A stretch of 64,000 bases of DNA from Torpedo marmorata (GCA_977017645.1 OZ360237.1:29884001-29948000), one strand, 5' to 3'. Positions 13,107 to 25,909 are shown, counted from the first letter of the stretch. Notes: generated by a model from the sequence alone, not told the origin. Numbers and translations are program-made.

Positions 13107-13490
13107 CTGTGTTCCACGTGAGATTGTACTGCGACCATATAAACTTCCGCCATTTTCACGAATATCCAAATTAAGATTTTCAGAGGAATAGAGAATGAAT
13201 TTATTGGGAGGAGACAAGTATTGGTTGTAAATCATTCGTTGTAAACGCCTTTTTCACTTTGTATAATGTTTTCTCAAGAGGTTCCGATTTTCAGTGCATT
13301 GGTGATATTTTAACAAATATTGGAAATTAACCGTTCAAGTAAAGGCCGTTTTGGCAGCAATGTTCGTTTTAGGTAGGAATGTAATGCAATACTCCAACGG
13401 ATTAAGGGATGAGAGGATTATTAAACAGTGTATTTTAGACATAAAGATACATCAAATGCTTCCTTTAATTCTCCTCTTGTTTTTGTTCAG

Positions 13491-13789
13491 CTAAAGACAG
13501 CCCACTGGGAGAGTCGGAGTTGCCCCAGAGCTCAGACCCTGCTGTAATGGAGAGCCCCTACCTCAGTGTTAAAGAAGCTGCAATGAAAGGAACCAACAAT
13601 GAACTACCCAGTGCCATGGAGAAAGGCGAGAACGACAGCAACAAGGGCAAGAAACGTAGGAACAGAACCACCTTTACCAGTTACCAGCTGGAGGAACTGG
13701 AAAAGGTTTTCCAAAAGACTCATTATCCCGACGTGTATGCCAGGGAACAGCTCGCACTGAGAACTGATCTGACAGAAGCCCGCGTGCAG
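13491..13789 (+). CDS. ALX4: ALX4 (aristaless-like homeobox 4) coding exon 2, N-terminal part of the paired-type homeodomain
   Basis: Acceptor ttttgttcag at 13490 and donor CAG|GTAAAG at 13789. Translates (A)[15 protein letters not shown]...YLSVKEA...[50 protein letters not shown], matching ALX4 exon 2. Confidence 0.97.
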
Positions 13790-16700
13790 GTAAAGAGTGA
13801 GCGACGATAATAACGAATGGAGTGGTGGTGGTGGGGGTAGAGGGGGGCGAGCGTTTAGTGATACACGTAGATCAGGCAACAATATCATTTTGAGGAAGAA
13901 CAGTAAAACAAAAAAAAAGCGCATTGAAGTACTAACCTTATGAGAAATTCAGATTCAATGTATTTACTCAGACTTTTAGAGAAACACTGCAGATTCCTAT
14001 CAAATCGTTCTCCACATTGGACGGGATAAAATGCCCGCAGTTACTCTGGGCGATTCGTGCTCCATTTGGGGTTAATGTTTACAATTTTCAAACGATTTTC
14101 CTCAACAATTTTAAATTATTCATTGCACGAAATCCGTTACTTAAAGATTAACTATGGTACATGTTGGAAAACGGAATTAACGTATTTTTCCAGTATGTTT
14201 TCCAACCTAAAACGAACTATTTGCTATTGAGGGAACGTCACTCAATACACGTCTCAGGTGGAAAGGGTTTAAGGACATTTTTTCATCGGGTTCTTCAACG
14301 TCTTCACAAAGTCCCTCTATTTGAATTTTGTCAATTTTACACACTTTCCAATTAGTTTTATTAGATCGTCAGGGATGCGTTCTGTTTTTTTTTAAAAAAA
14401 GAACTTTCGAAACCAATATAACAACTGTTATAACTAAATTATTTGTATTTATAACAGCAATCCAGAAGTTTATATTCGCCCTTCAGGGGGATTTCGAAAC
14501 TTCAGATGTTGTGTATTCGTTATTGTAATGTGCGTTACGCGTAATAAGGATCTAACAAGATTAGTCCGTCCTGCAAGAATAGATTGTATTTAGGAGAAAC
14601 GTATGCGAAATGTGTAAGGTTGAGTGCCGATGTTATTCGCAGGGAGTCAATGTATTGCCGTTTGATAAAAAAAAGCACCTTATATATATATAAATATAAA
14701 TGCTTAGCGGGATTACAAGCTCCATGGGCAACATTACATTGGACTGGAAAGGGATCTGAATTGAATGTGACAGCAGATGGATCCGCTCCTGGTGGGAAGG
14801 CGAAATCTATCGACATTACAGACAGTATAAATTGAGTTACGAGATTTCAAACCAACACAAGGATAGCAAGGCTGGTGATTGGGGAGGGGAGGGAATTTCC
14901 GCAAAAAAGAGGGGCACTTTGCATTCAGGTAAATCCTAGCAACCATCATTGAGAATTTGCCCATTTCTAATTCAACCTCATTCCATTCCATAAACAGCAA
15001 CGCTAGATACAAGCTTGCGTTTCACCGAACTTTTACTTAGAATTGTTACTTCCCTTCAATTCTCTCTTTCCATTAAGCTCTTTTCCAATTCTGGACAAAT
15101 TTCAGTTTAGGTTTAAAAAAAAATCCACTCTCACAGACCTTACAAGGATAAATATTTTACAATATCTGCTCCCGACGGCATATTTTCATTTAGTCCAATA
15201 AATGCTTTTAAAAATAAACAAGTCCCTTTGCTACAAACACCAGTCCGCCCGAATACTAGAGCACTATGTTGATCTGTTTGGCTAAGTTGAAATATTAAAA
15301 CCTAGTAAAGGCCCATATACTATATAGAACTCCATCAAAACGCGGGCACTAAGGGAAGTAAGGACAGGAAATTAAACATGCAATGAAAACATACTGCAGC
15401 TTAAGACTTTCCCATCAAGTGCTCGTATTTCCGATCGTTTTAAGATAAAAGGTATCTGCTTTCACCCTTGTATTTCATAGGTTCTCTCTTTTTTAACATC
15501 CTTCCCCGTTTGAAAATCGTCTAAACTTTCACAATTTCTAATCAACCCTGAACAGCAAAATCTCCCTGAAACCATTTATTTCATCCTGTTCCATTTTCAA
15601 TGCGAAACAAGTAGAGTCCCAAGACCTGGGTTTTTTAAAAATCCGAATCTATTGGTACTGCAGGACAAACATAATCCTAATCAAAATCAAAGACTGTGTT
15701 GATTATCCGCTGAAGCAGACGTTTAGTATGTAACCAAAATACAGCTCTCTGTCGTCGAAGGCCCCAAAGGGTTTGTTGTAATCTTTACTGCATCATCTTG
15801 GATTGAATAACAGAGTTGTCCTTCAATCGCTGAAAACATTATATAAGAATTTTAAAGAAGCTCGGGAAATACATGTGTTTTTTTATTTTTATGAACTGTT
15901 TTGATTTTCGAAAGATCAAGTTAATTAAAGGACAGGTACATTCAGGAATCGAAATAATTTATTCGGTATTTAACGGGAATGATCGTGTCCAGCGTAGTAT
16001 CAATAAAATTGCATTATTACACAGCACACCAGTCACCATCAATCAGGTACACTGCTTGGGCCCGCTTTATAACTCGCTGTAGATTGTTCCACCAATCCTT
16101 CCCTTCCCCTCCCTAGAAAATGCAGAGAAAAGTAGGTTTTCCACGCGATAGATTTGACAAGCGCGATTATGATCAGCGGTGTCGACAGTGTTGATGACTG
16201 TGTGTTCCAGATTCACGTAGCATACAATGCGACATTTATCAAGCCATTGATTATTAGTAAGTAAAACTCGCATACTTCCATTTGCCTTTATTCCTGTTGT
16301 GAATGAATTTGGTCACTTGTTCTGTGTGCGGTGATAGACTTGATTACCGGAGTTACAAGACCAGCTCCATTAGGCAGACCGAACATTAAATGATTGTGAA
16401 AGTGAGCGGATATTGTAGCCATCTTGCACTGAGCAACTCTTGTCGGCGAATACTTTCAATAGAGACCCATTAAAGGCCTCATCCTTCATGTTAGTGTGCG
16501 ATGCAAAGCAACTGAGGACCCGGCCCTGACATGACAGCCCGCTGAATGGTATCCATTTATTTCTCAACTCTGAAGCGCATTGGCACGTTTCCCACCTTAA
16601 AGGTTTTAGATAATTACAAGTGGATTAAAAATCGTTAACTGTTGTAACTATTAAGTGTTAATTACAGCCTTCACAAAATGCCATCAATGAAAAATATTTA

Positions 16701-17056
16701 TCGTACACATAGATTTATTTTAAAATGAAATGACAATTTACTTTATTTAATTTATTATTTCACATATTAAATTGTGACCGTGACAAGAGTCATTTGAAAT
16801 ATAATTAATGCAATATTGATATTGTTACATGCACGTCTTTAACTGTGACAATGCTGGTCAATACTTTTACCAATCTATTTTTTTCACTGATTTTCTGCTT
16901 GTTAAATTTAACGTGATGAAGAACAGTGCTTGTTTCAAAGTGAAGTTCCCAGATCATATCTCTAGTTTAAGCGGGGTATATTTTAGGGATGGCGATGCTT
17001 GCAATCTTCTGTCTGTGTGTAAATGGAAATTACATTCTTACTTCTATTGGCCTTAG

Positions 17057-17182
17057 GTTTGGTTTCAGAACAGAAGAGCTAAATGGAGGAAGAGAGAACG
17101 TTTCGGACAGATGCAACAAGTTCGGAGTCACTTCTCCACTGCTTATGATTTGCCAATTTTAACCAGAGAAAACTATGCGCAG
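17057..17182 (+). CDS. ALX4: ALX4 coding exon 3 (homeodomain helix 3)
   Basis: ccttag|GTTTGG...GCGCAG|gtaggc; 126 bp, phase 0/0; [42 protein letters not shown]. Confidence 0.97.
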
Positions 17183-19157
17183 GTAGGCATCATGCATGCT
17201 GTTGGGGTTAAGTTTTGTAATAACGTTATTATGCACATCTGTATCAACAATGTTCTGCTGAGGCACCGATATGACTTTGGGTGAATGCCACTTAATTCCA
17301 TTTAATAAATCACCATAGTTCTGTTAAGTGCTGAAATACTACCTTGTTATTCTCTAGCTTTTGGGTGTTTAATTCTGCACTGGTTTCAACATTAAATAAT
17401 GTTGCAGTTGGTACAATAGCGATTGAATTTCCCCTTCAACCAGTAGCATGCCAGACTTCATGATCTGCACAGGATGAAATTCTGCAGATTTGAAGGAAGC
17501 AAATTATTATGACAGTCTTTGAATTTTGTACTGGGTGAGGATATTTCTACTGGGGAATAGTTAGCACCAATCTGACAGCTTTGAATGCTTCATTACCAGG
17601 CATATAATAATTTCAGATCTTTCTTGCTCTAATAATCCCACCCCATTGCTTATTTTATACTTTACCAATTACAAATTCTAAACCATAGGGGACTTGTTTT
17701 TATTCTATTTTTGGATGCCCAAAGTCTCCAATATCCGATAAGTGAAGCAATAGGTGAAATATTATAAACATATCATAAAAACATAGTAAATATCAAGCTT
17801 CAATTTCCCTCAAGTTCATCAATGTCTCAACACCTGCTTCCCCTTTTCCTAACATAAACGTACACATCTCCTTAACCTCAGCACCCATTCCATTCCCAAA
17901 CTCTTAATTCGCAAAATGAGATGTTTTAAGGTGCTATCTTGCTCATTAATTGCATGTGTGGACTCTTGGTTACCACCACTAAACTAGCAGAAATTTCTTT
18001 TGCGGTTTAGGAGAGAGTTTAGGTAGTTTTTTTTGTTCTCTTAACACAAGTTGTGGTTATACAAATATAAAGCTGATGTCCTCATAAAAAGTTGAATGCT
18101 TAATTGAACAAGTTAGGCTGGAGTTTCATTATCCAAACTTGTGTAACCAAAATTCCTTCCAGTGAATGATCATACTAAGAGCATATAATGTTCTGTAATG
18201 CTATTCAAACATGCTGATATATAATGGCATCATGATCATCTTTAAAATATGACCAATGGTGTGGAACAGTTTGGATTCAATCCTACTCTTGAGGCCTCAC
18301 ACAAGTCTGGACTGATTGTTCAGTAAATGCTGATGAAGCACTGCCAAATCTGAGGTACAATTTTTTGGGAGAGAATTTCAAGCCCCATCTGCCCACTTAG
18401 TCGGGCAACAAGATTTCACAATCTAACCAGCAAGCAGTGGAGTTCTCCTGAATACTCAGGCAAATAACTTACCCACCATTATCATATTGCCCTTTGTGGG
18501 AGCTTTTGCCCAGATTGGCTGTTGAATTTCCTGTACTGCAAAAGCAACTGCACTTCTAAAGTACCTAACTGGCTGTAAACCATTTGGAGTGAGAGATACC
18601 ATCAAATCTTTTGTTCTTTCTAGTCAAGTATGTTTGAAAATGGCTTTCTAAAACAATAGTCATGCATCTTTGCTTATTAATAGAAAAAACTGCTTTCACT
18701 ATTTCAGTACAAAATATCTTTACTCTTAATCCTCAGTTTAGCATGTCTGCATAGGTGCTTCTGTTTCAAAACCACAAAGGAAATGTAGTCCAGTATAAAT
18801 GGCATCAAATTGTAGCCTACTTTCAGTTTTTTAAAAATTGGTCATGAGCTGACAGATTACGATTTCCCAAGGTGATTGGAGTAAAATATTTTTAAAGCAA
18901 TGTGGAGAACCATGAAGTTTTAAGTTTGATGATTCCATGTGAGACAATGTTTGAGAAACCTCGGCAATGTAACTGTATGATATTACCTTTAATTCCCAAC
19001 AATCAACATGCCTAAAATTTTACTCATGCATCTATTAAATTAGAAATACACTCTAAGTATAATTAAAATAGTTTTATTTGCACCATGTTAAGAAAAATGG
19101 TTAACCAAAATAGCCATTGAAAATAACGGCTCTAACTCCCAAGAAAATAGTCATTAC

Positions 19158-19980
19158 ATAGAACACTACAGCACAGTACAGGTCCTTCGGCCCTCGATGT
19201 TGTGCCGACCCATATATTCCTTAAAAAAAAGTACTAAACCCACCCTACCCCGTAACCCTCTATTTTTATTTCATCCATGAGCCTAAGAGTCTCTTAAATG
19301 CCCCTAATATTTTAGCTTCTACCACCATCCCTGGCAAGGCATTCCAGGCACCCACAACTCTGCGTAAAATACTTACCCCTGATATCTCCCCTAAACTTCC
19401 CTCCCTTCACTTTGTACATATGTCCTCTGGTGTTTGCTATTCCTGCCCTGGGAAAAAAGGTGCTGGCTGTCCACCCTATCTATGCCTCTCATAATCTTGT
19501 AGACCTCTATCAAGTCTCTCATCTTTCTACGCTCCAAAGAAAAAAGTCCCAGTTCTGCTAACCTTGCCTCATAAAACTTGTTTTCCAATCCAGGCAACAT
19601 CCTGTAAAATCTCCTCTGCACCCTCTCCATGGCTTCCACATCCTTCCAATAATGAGGTGACCAGAACTGAACACAATACTCTAAGTGTGGTCTTACCAGA
19701 GATTTGTGGAGTTGCAACATGGCCTCTCTACTCCTGAACTCAATCCCCCGATTAATGAAGCCCAGCATCCCATAGGCCTTCTTAACTATCCTATCAACCT
19801 GTGCGGCGACCTTGAGGGATGTATGGATTTGAACCCCAAGGTCCCTCTGTTCATCCACACACTTGTAACCGACCATTAACCCTGTACTCAGCCTTCTGGT
19901 TTGTCCTTCCAAAATGCATCACCTCACACTTATCTGGATTGAACTCCATCTGCCACTTTTCTGCCCAACTCTGCATCCTA
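19158..19980 (-). mobile_element. CR1-type LINE, 5'-truncated
   Basis: ORFs with WAEKWQMEFNPDKCEVMHFG and [17 protein letters not shown]...ERVQRRF; typical tail. Confidence 0.9.
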
Positions 19981-20915
19981 TTCTCATTAGTAGTTGAAAG
20001 AAATTTTACTAGTTTATGAATTACCACCATCATTTGCAAATTACCTGAGACAAATTAGGTTTAAATTACTTTTAATTTCCTAATAACTTGAAAGTTTTTT
20101 ACACCTTTTTTTGACTAGTCATGATTAAAAAACTACTGTGAAAGTGGACTTAAGATTACTTGACAAATGAACGCAAATACGGTTACAAATTTCAGAGTAC
20201 TTTATTCTTGCTTTACAAAGCATGAGAACTCTGTTACAGCAAGAAGCACTGCCACATGCAGCTGGTCTCACCACAAGGGAATCTGCCGCATGGCTCACAA
20301 GTTGCATATTTATACAGACAAACGTCCAGCTTTCCAGAACATTCGATCAGACTTTTCCATACAAGTACATGTTTCTTAGGATTCATTATACCGGCTCATG
20401 TCCCTTACCCAATGGTTAATAGTCTTTTACTGTCTTTGCCAAATATGGAGTTGTTGTTGTTGTTGTTCACAATCAGATTTAGCCTGAACATATACAATGG
20501 AATGTTCTCTGCTTCTCTACATTTGTCACGACTTTAAGACTCACATTCTCACTACAGTTATTGAAACAGAAGTTATTGCACATTATTTGTCCCATACCTC
20601 ACTGGAATTGTCAACTAGGAAAGCCTTGGGAACACCATGGTTAGACATTTAAATGCCAAGATTAAATGCATTGTAATTCTTTAAATTAAGATCAGAAATG
20701 TTTACTCAATCAATCTCACTGACACAAACATTCCAAAAGCCCTTTCTTAACCAGTAATAAAAAAAATCTGAAGATGGTGGAAATGAACAACAAAAAATGC
20801 TGGATATATGTAGGTCAGGTAGCTTCCATGGATTGAGAGAGTTAACATTTCAGATCGATGAAGGTCTCAAAACAATAAATATTGCTTCCTACTTAGACGC
20901 TGTCTGATTTACTAC

Positions 20916-21819
20916 TGTTACAGAATCAAACCAGCAACGACAGAAGACGCAATGCAAAAGGGGTAAAAATTGAAATTATTATTTATTAAACACAAGTAAA
21001 CATATAATTTCACAACAATTAACCCCACTATAAACGTCTATAAACTCTATTCTTATCTAAAAGGTGTATGTGTGTGTGTGTAAAGCCCAGACCATTACAG
21101 TCTGTGCCCAACCCTTATGTAAAAAATGGAAAACCTTTCCCCAAAAACCCCAAGTCAGTCATAAAACAACAAGTCAGTCAAAAAAAAAGATAAACAGTCC
21201 ACAAGATTCACTCTCTAAGTTCAGGCTTCACTTCAGCTCTGGGTCTGGTAGAAGTACTTCTGAATGAACGTTGGAGAGAGACAAATGACTGTTATGCTTA
21301 CAAATACTTGTTTTCTTCTCTGATGACATCCCCTTCTTGTAGGTTCATAAGGATTGCAAGTTCCAGATCAGTATACCACTGATTTAGGCGTATGCTTGAA
21401 TCTCACAGCTAGTCTCGCTGATCTCACGCCTGTTCTCCACAGAAGTTGCTTTTCTCTCAGAATTTCTCTCTGAGACAGGAGGCCATGTGCTATTTTGCCA
21501 GATTTTCTCTGACTGCACACACCCCTGGATACTGGCTGTGTTCTGTAGCCTTGCAACTCACAACTGTGTCTGCTTTGCAGAGATCTGCCCCTGCTTTTTG
21601 CAGAAGTGAAACAAATGTATCTTATCCAGTCTGTCTCTCTTTCTCTGGTCTCTCTCTGTCTGGGTACACCAAAAGTGTGCAACAATGTATCTTGTCTGGG
21701 TACACCAAGTAGCTGGGGAAGTTAACTCTTTCAGTACCTGGCCCCAGTGTATACTCCAAAAGAATTCATCCTTCCTGCTAACCGTCCGCAGTCCAAATGG
21801 TCAGTCATGGTCCATAACA
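20916..21819 (-). repeat. 3' LTR (904 bp)
   Basis: Direct repeat of 25910-26813; minus-strand AATAAA at 20982-20987; PPT GAGGGAGGGAGG adjacent (21820-21831, minus strand). Confidence 0.95.
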
Positions 21820-21949
21820 CCTCCCTCCCTCAAAGGAAATTTTGGTCTGCAAGAACAAAATTTAGGAAAGTAAGTGAGGTGTCAGAATATAAACAAAATC
21901 TACAATGTTTATCCACAAATACAATATGAACTATTTTCATTGATAAAGT

Positions 21950-24900
21950 TTAACAACTAGAAAGACAATCAGCAATTACATTATCTCTCCCTTTTATATG
22001 AGTGATTACCAAATTATATTCATGTAAAATTAGACTCCAATTCAACAACCGTCGATTCTTATTTTTCATTTTACAAAGAAAAACCAATGGATTATGGTCA
22101 GTATACACTATGAGTGGTTTTTGAGCTGTACAGATATACACATCAAAATGTTGTAGAGCCAACACAAGAGCCAACAACTCTTTCTCTATAGTTGAATAAT
22201 TCCTTTGATGATCATTGAACTTCTTCGAGAAGTAGGATACCGGATGGTCAATGTCCTCTTCGTTCTTCTTCTGTAACAGCACCGCACCCACAGCTTCATC
22301 GCTCGCATCCACGGCTAAAGAAAACGACTGTTCTAAATTAGGTGACTTAAGCACAGGTTGGTGGCATAACATGGCTTTCAATTTGACAAATGCTTCCTGA
22401 CAACCTGTAGACCATACAAATTTCTCTTTCTTTCTAAGCAAATTTGTGAGAGGGAGCGCAAGATCAGCAAAGTTTTTACAGAACTTGCGGTAGTAGCCAA
22501 TCATTCCCAGGAACCTCCTCAGAGTTTTCTTACTAGTTGGAACAGGGAACTCGGAAATAGTGACAACCTTTGCCTCTACTGGTGCCAATTGCTCCTGTCC
22601 TACTACATAACCCCGAGAATTAACAGTCCCATGACCCTCTCTGAAACTGGTTTTATCTGTCTCCTCCTTACCCCTGTCAATAACCAGTACCTCTGGTACA
22701 TTTTCAGTCCCTTTGTGTGGCACCTGTTCAAAATATGGTTTAATCATATTCACATGACAGACCTGTGTGTCTCGTCTGCGATTAGGTGTTTCTATGACAT
22801 AGGTGACATCATTAATTTTTGACTTAACTCTATAGGGTCCTGAAAATCTAGCCCTAAGATGATTTGAATGGATGGGAAACAGAACTAATACGTTCTCACC
22901 AGGTTTAAAAGTTCTCATCTTTGCCTTTCGATCATACCAAACCTTCATTTTCTGTTGAGTGGCCTTTAAATTCTCCTTTGCCATCTCACAAGCCCTATGT
23001 AACCGATCCTTAAATTTGGAAACATAATCTAACAGATTTAAATGCACATCACGATTAATCCACTGTTCTTTTAATAATCTTAAAGGACCTCTCACCTCAT
23101 GTCCGAAAACTAACTCAAATGGACTAAAACCAAGCGAATCTTGGACAGACTCCCTCGCTGCAAATAACAACAAATGAACCCCCTCATCCCAATCCTTTTC
23201 CTTCTCACAACAATAGGTTCTAATCATGGTTTTCAAAGTCGAATGGAACCTCTCCAAGGCCCCTTGACTTTCTGGATGGTACGCAGAGGATACAATCTGT
23301 TTAACTCCTAGTCCATCAACCACTTGTTGGAAAACGCCTGACATGAAATTACTGCCCTGATCTGATTGAATTTCCCTTGGCAAACCTACCAAGGTGAAAA
23401 ACTTTACCATAGCCTTTACAATTGACTTCGCTTTTATGTTTCTCAGAGGAATGGCCTCTGGAAATCTGGTGGCTGCACACATAATTGTTAACAAATATTC
23501 ATTCCCCGCTTTGGTTTTGGGCAATGGGCCAACACAGTCCACAATTACTCTCGAGAAAGGCTCACTAAACGCAGGGATAGGTTGCAAGGGTGCCACCGGG
23601 GGACCCTGATTAGGTTTACCCACTACCTGACAAGTGTGACAGGCCCGGCAAAAGCTTACAACCTCCCTTCTCAAACTGGGCCAATAAAACTGTTTCATTA
23701 TCTTACTTATAGTTTTCTTCACCCCAAGATGACCACCTAAGGGTGTACTATGAGCCAAAGTTATTATTTCACCCCTATATACTTTAGGGATCACAACCTG
23801 TTGCACTACTGCCCATTCTTCATTGGCAGGAACATCACGTGGTCTCCACTTTCTCATCAACACCCCATCTTTTTCATAATAACCTACTGGCACCTTTTTA
23901 ATCTCCTCTTCAGAGAGAACCTTATCCCTCACCTCAGCAAGATCCGGATCGTCTTTTTGCCTTGCGATTAACTCCTGTCGGGATAGTGACAAATCTGTGC
24001 CTTTAGGTGTCTTATCAGTGGATGGGTGTAACATAGGAGATTGCTCAACCTTTTCCAGGTTTTCTTGATTATCAGTTTCTTTTTCTTTTACCAAGTTATT
24101 TTCCACTGCCTTCTCTACAGTGACATTTTTCTTAGACATGGCCCTGGTTATGGCACATGCCAGATAAATATCAGAGTCCTTCTCTGACTTATCAATGACT
24201 GGCTTAGTGGTCATTCGCACTGCAGGAACTACTTTACCCTTGGCCAAGTCATTGCCTAACAACAGTGAGACTCCTTCTACGGGCAACTCTGATCTCACTC
24301 CTATTATAACTGGTCCTTCCACCAAGTCTGAGTTCAATACTATTTTGTGCAAAGGAATGGACTCAACCTCACCACCAATTCCTTTTATTAAATTTATGTC
24401 ACCGGTGTCAGTAGCTTCACAAAATTCCAAGACACTATCTAACACAAGTGACTGAGCAGCTCCAGTATCTCGCAAGATTTTCACTGGCACTTGTTTTGAT
24501 CCTGCCTTAACTGAAACAAAACCATCAGTCACAAAAGGTTTAAATACATCTTTAACTTGGTCAGTAAATTTATCTCCTTCCTGGGTGTTATGCATCTTCT
24601 CACTCTGCATACAAGCATTAGGTGTTGCATCCTTTTCTCTCTTCTTTTTCAACACTGGACAGCTTGCTAGCATATGACCTTCCTTCCTACAGTAGTGGCA
24701 AATGGGACCTGAATTGTTTTCCCTTTTCCACTTTCCTTCATCCCTTTCCTTAACACCACTTCCAAATTTACTTTCCACTTGCTTCTGATTATCCACCGTG
24801 ACCTTTTGGAAAATTCTACCTGACGTCCACTTAGGCTTGTGGGTTAAAGCATATCCATCTGCCAACTTAGCTGAATCTCGCCAAGTTTTCACCTCCTTTT

Positions 24901-25777
24901 CATCTAAGTATACCTTAATATCCTCAGGAACACACCTTTTTATCTCCTCGATTATTATCAATTCTCTCAATTGATTGTAATCATTATTTACTTCCTTAGA
25001 TGTGCACCACCTGTCAAAACACACAACTTTTTCATAGGCAAACTCTGTATAAGATTGGGTTGCTGATCTTTTTAAATTTCTAAACTTCTGTCTATAAGCC
25101 TCTGGAACTAACTCATAAGCCTGGAGTATAGCCTTTTTCACCGTTTCATAATCAGCAGCTTGCTCTGTGGTGAGAGTAGAATAAGCTTGCTGAGCTTTTC
25201 CTTTTATTACACTTTGTAACATAAGAGACCATTGGTCTTGTGGCCATTTTAATTTCACAGCCACTTTCTCAAAATGTTGGAAGTACTTATCTATTTCTGC
25301 TTCCTCAAATGGAGGAACCAACCTAACTTCTCTACTAGCCAAAAACCCCTCAGCAGGATGACGAATTTGACCTTGGTGCTCTTCTTGTCTCCTCTCATTT
25401 TCCAACTTTATCTTTTCCAGCTCATATCTCCTATTTCTCTCATCATTCTCGTGTCTCTTTAGTTCCAATTCCATGTCTAATTTCCTTTTTTCCAATTCCA
25501 ATTTCTTTTGTTCCCTGGCTGCCTCCAATTCCAATTTCTTTAATTCCAACTGTATGTTTTCAGAAGGTTTACCCTTGGGAAACTGCTCTAACATGCTCTC
25601 CTCAAATTTTTTTTCTTTTATATAGTATTTGACTATTTTTCTCCCAATCTCTGCCTTTTTCATAGATGGTTTTACAGAAGCAATGCCCAACTCTGTTGCT
25701 ATAGCCACTAACTGTTCCTTTTTCGCCTTTTTTAAAGTATCAGGTTCAGGTGATTCCAAAAATTGTTCTACATCCAT
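21950..25777 (-). CDS. Gag-Pol polyprotein (~1275 aa from the first ATG): coiled coil, SCAN-like capsid, CCHC knuckle, protease, integrase, RT thumb remnant, RNase H
   Basis: CHYCRKEGHMLASC; LRDTGA; H..GGH...C..C; VDCVGPLP / SDQG / GALE; GPY motif; LRRFLGMIGYYRKF; VDASD...EKE...TDHNPL...ADCLS. No YxDD motif present. Confidence 0.93.
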   Translation of the reverse strand: MDVEQFLESPEPDTLKKAKKEQLVAIATELGIASVKPSMKKAEIGRKIVKYYIKEKKFEESMLEQFPKGKPSENIQLELKKLELEAAREQKKLELEKRKLDMELELKRHENDERNRRYELEKIKLENERRQEEHQGQIRHPAEGFLASREVRLVPPFEEAEIDKYFQHFEKVAVKLKWPQDQWSLMLQSVIKGKAQQAYSTLTTEQAADYETVKKAILQAYELVPEAYRQKFRNLKRSATQSYTEFAYEKVVCFDRWCTSKEVNNDYNQLRELIIIEEIKRCVPEDIKVYLDEKEVKTWRDSAKLADGYALTHKPKWTSGRIFQKVTVDNQKQVESKFGSGVKERDEGKWKRENNSGPICHYCRKEGHMLASCPVLKKKREKDATPNACMQSEKMHNTQEGDKFTDQVKDVFKPFVTDGFVSVKAGSKQVPVKILRDTGAAQSLVLDSVLEFCEATDTGDINLIKGIGGEVESIPLHKIVLNSDLVEGPVIIGVRSELPVEGVSLLLGNDLAKGKVVPAVRMTTKPVIDKSEKDSDIYLACAITRAMSKKNVTVEKAVENNLVKEKETDNQENLEKVEQSPMLHPSTDKTPKGTDLSLSRQELIARQKDDPDLAEVRDKVLSEEEIKKVPVGYYEKDGVLMRKWRPRDVPANEEWAVVQQVVIPKVYRGEIITLAHSTPLGGHLGVKKTISKIMKQFYWPSLRREVVSFCRACHTCQVVGKPNQGPPVAPLQPIPAFSEPFSRVIVDCVGPLPKTKAGNEYLLTIMCAATRFPEAIPLRNIKAKSIVKAMVKFFTLVGLPREIQSDQGSNFMSGVFQQVVDGLGVKQIVSSAYHPESQGALERFHSTLKTMIRTYCCEKEKDWDEGVHLLLFAARESVQDSLGFSPFELVFGHEVRGPLRLLKEQWINRDVHLNLLDYVSKFKDRLHRACEMAKENLKATQQKMKVWYDRKAKMRTFKPGENVLVLFPIHSNHLRARFSGPYRVKSKINDVTYVIETPNRRRDTQVCHVNMIKPYFEQVPHKGTENVPEVLVIDRGKEETDKTSFREGHGTVNSRGYVVGQEQLAPVEAKVVTISEFPVPTSKKTLRRFLGMIGYYRKFCKNFADLALPLTNLLRKKEKFVWSTGCQEAFVKLKAMLCHQPVLKSPNLEQSFSLAVDASDEAVGAVLLQKKNEEDIDHPVSYFSKKFNDHQRNYSTIEKELLALVLALQHFDVYICTAQKPLIVYTDHNPLVFLCKMKNKNRRLLNWSLILHEYNLVITHIKGRDNVIADCLSSC

Positions 25778-25881
25778 TGTTGCTGGTTTTTCGTTACACA
25801 CACACTAGCTTTTAATTAGCTTTACCAAAAGGAATGCCTTAAACCAAACTGGGATTCCTTCAATTACCAAGATGGATTTTG

Positions 25882-25906
25882 ATTCAAATCCCGCAACGAG
25901 CCCCCA
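25882..25906 (-). promoter_or_regulatory. Primer-binding site, tRNA-Pro-like
   Basis: Minus strand TGGGGGCTCGTTGCGGGATTTGAA just inside the 5' LTR; the canonical tRNA-Pro PBS is TGGGGGCTCGTCCGGGAT. Confidence 0.85.
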
Positions 25907-25909
25907 ATT

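Noticed and set aside
1-13490. ALX4 exon 1
   Set aside because: No MNAETCVSY-like N-terminus found. The MNANT ORF at 20167 is downstream of exon 3 and unrelated; exon 1 is presumably upstream of the window.
21368-21712. ORFs duplicated at 26362-26706
   Set aside because: They lie inside the LTRs and have no recognisable domain; the duplication is explained by the LTRs.
21950-25801. Domesticated SCAN/integrase host gene or endogenous retrovirus
   Set aside because: Near-identical LTRs and an intact TSD indicate a recent insertion; there is no env, and the domain order is Gmr1-type Gypsy.
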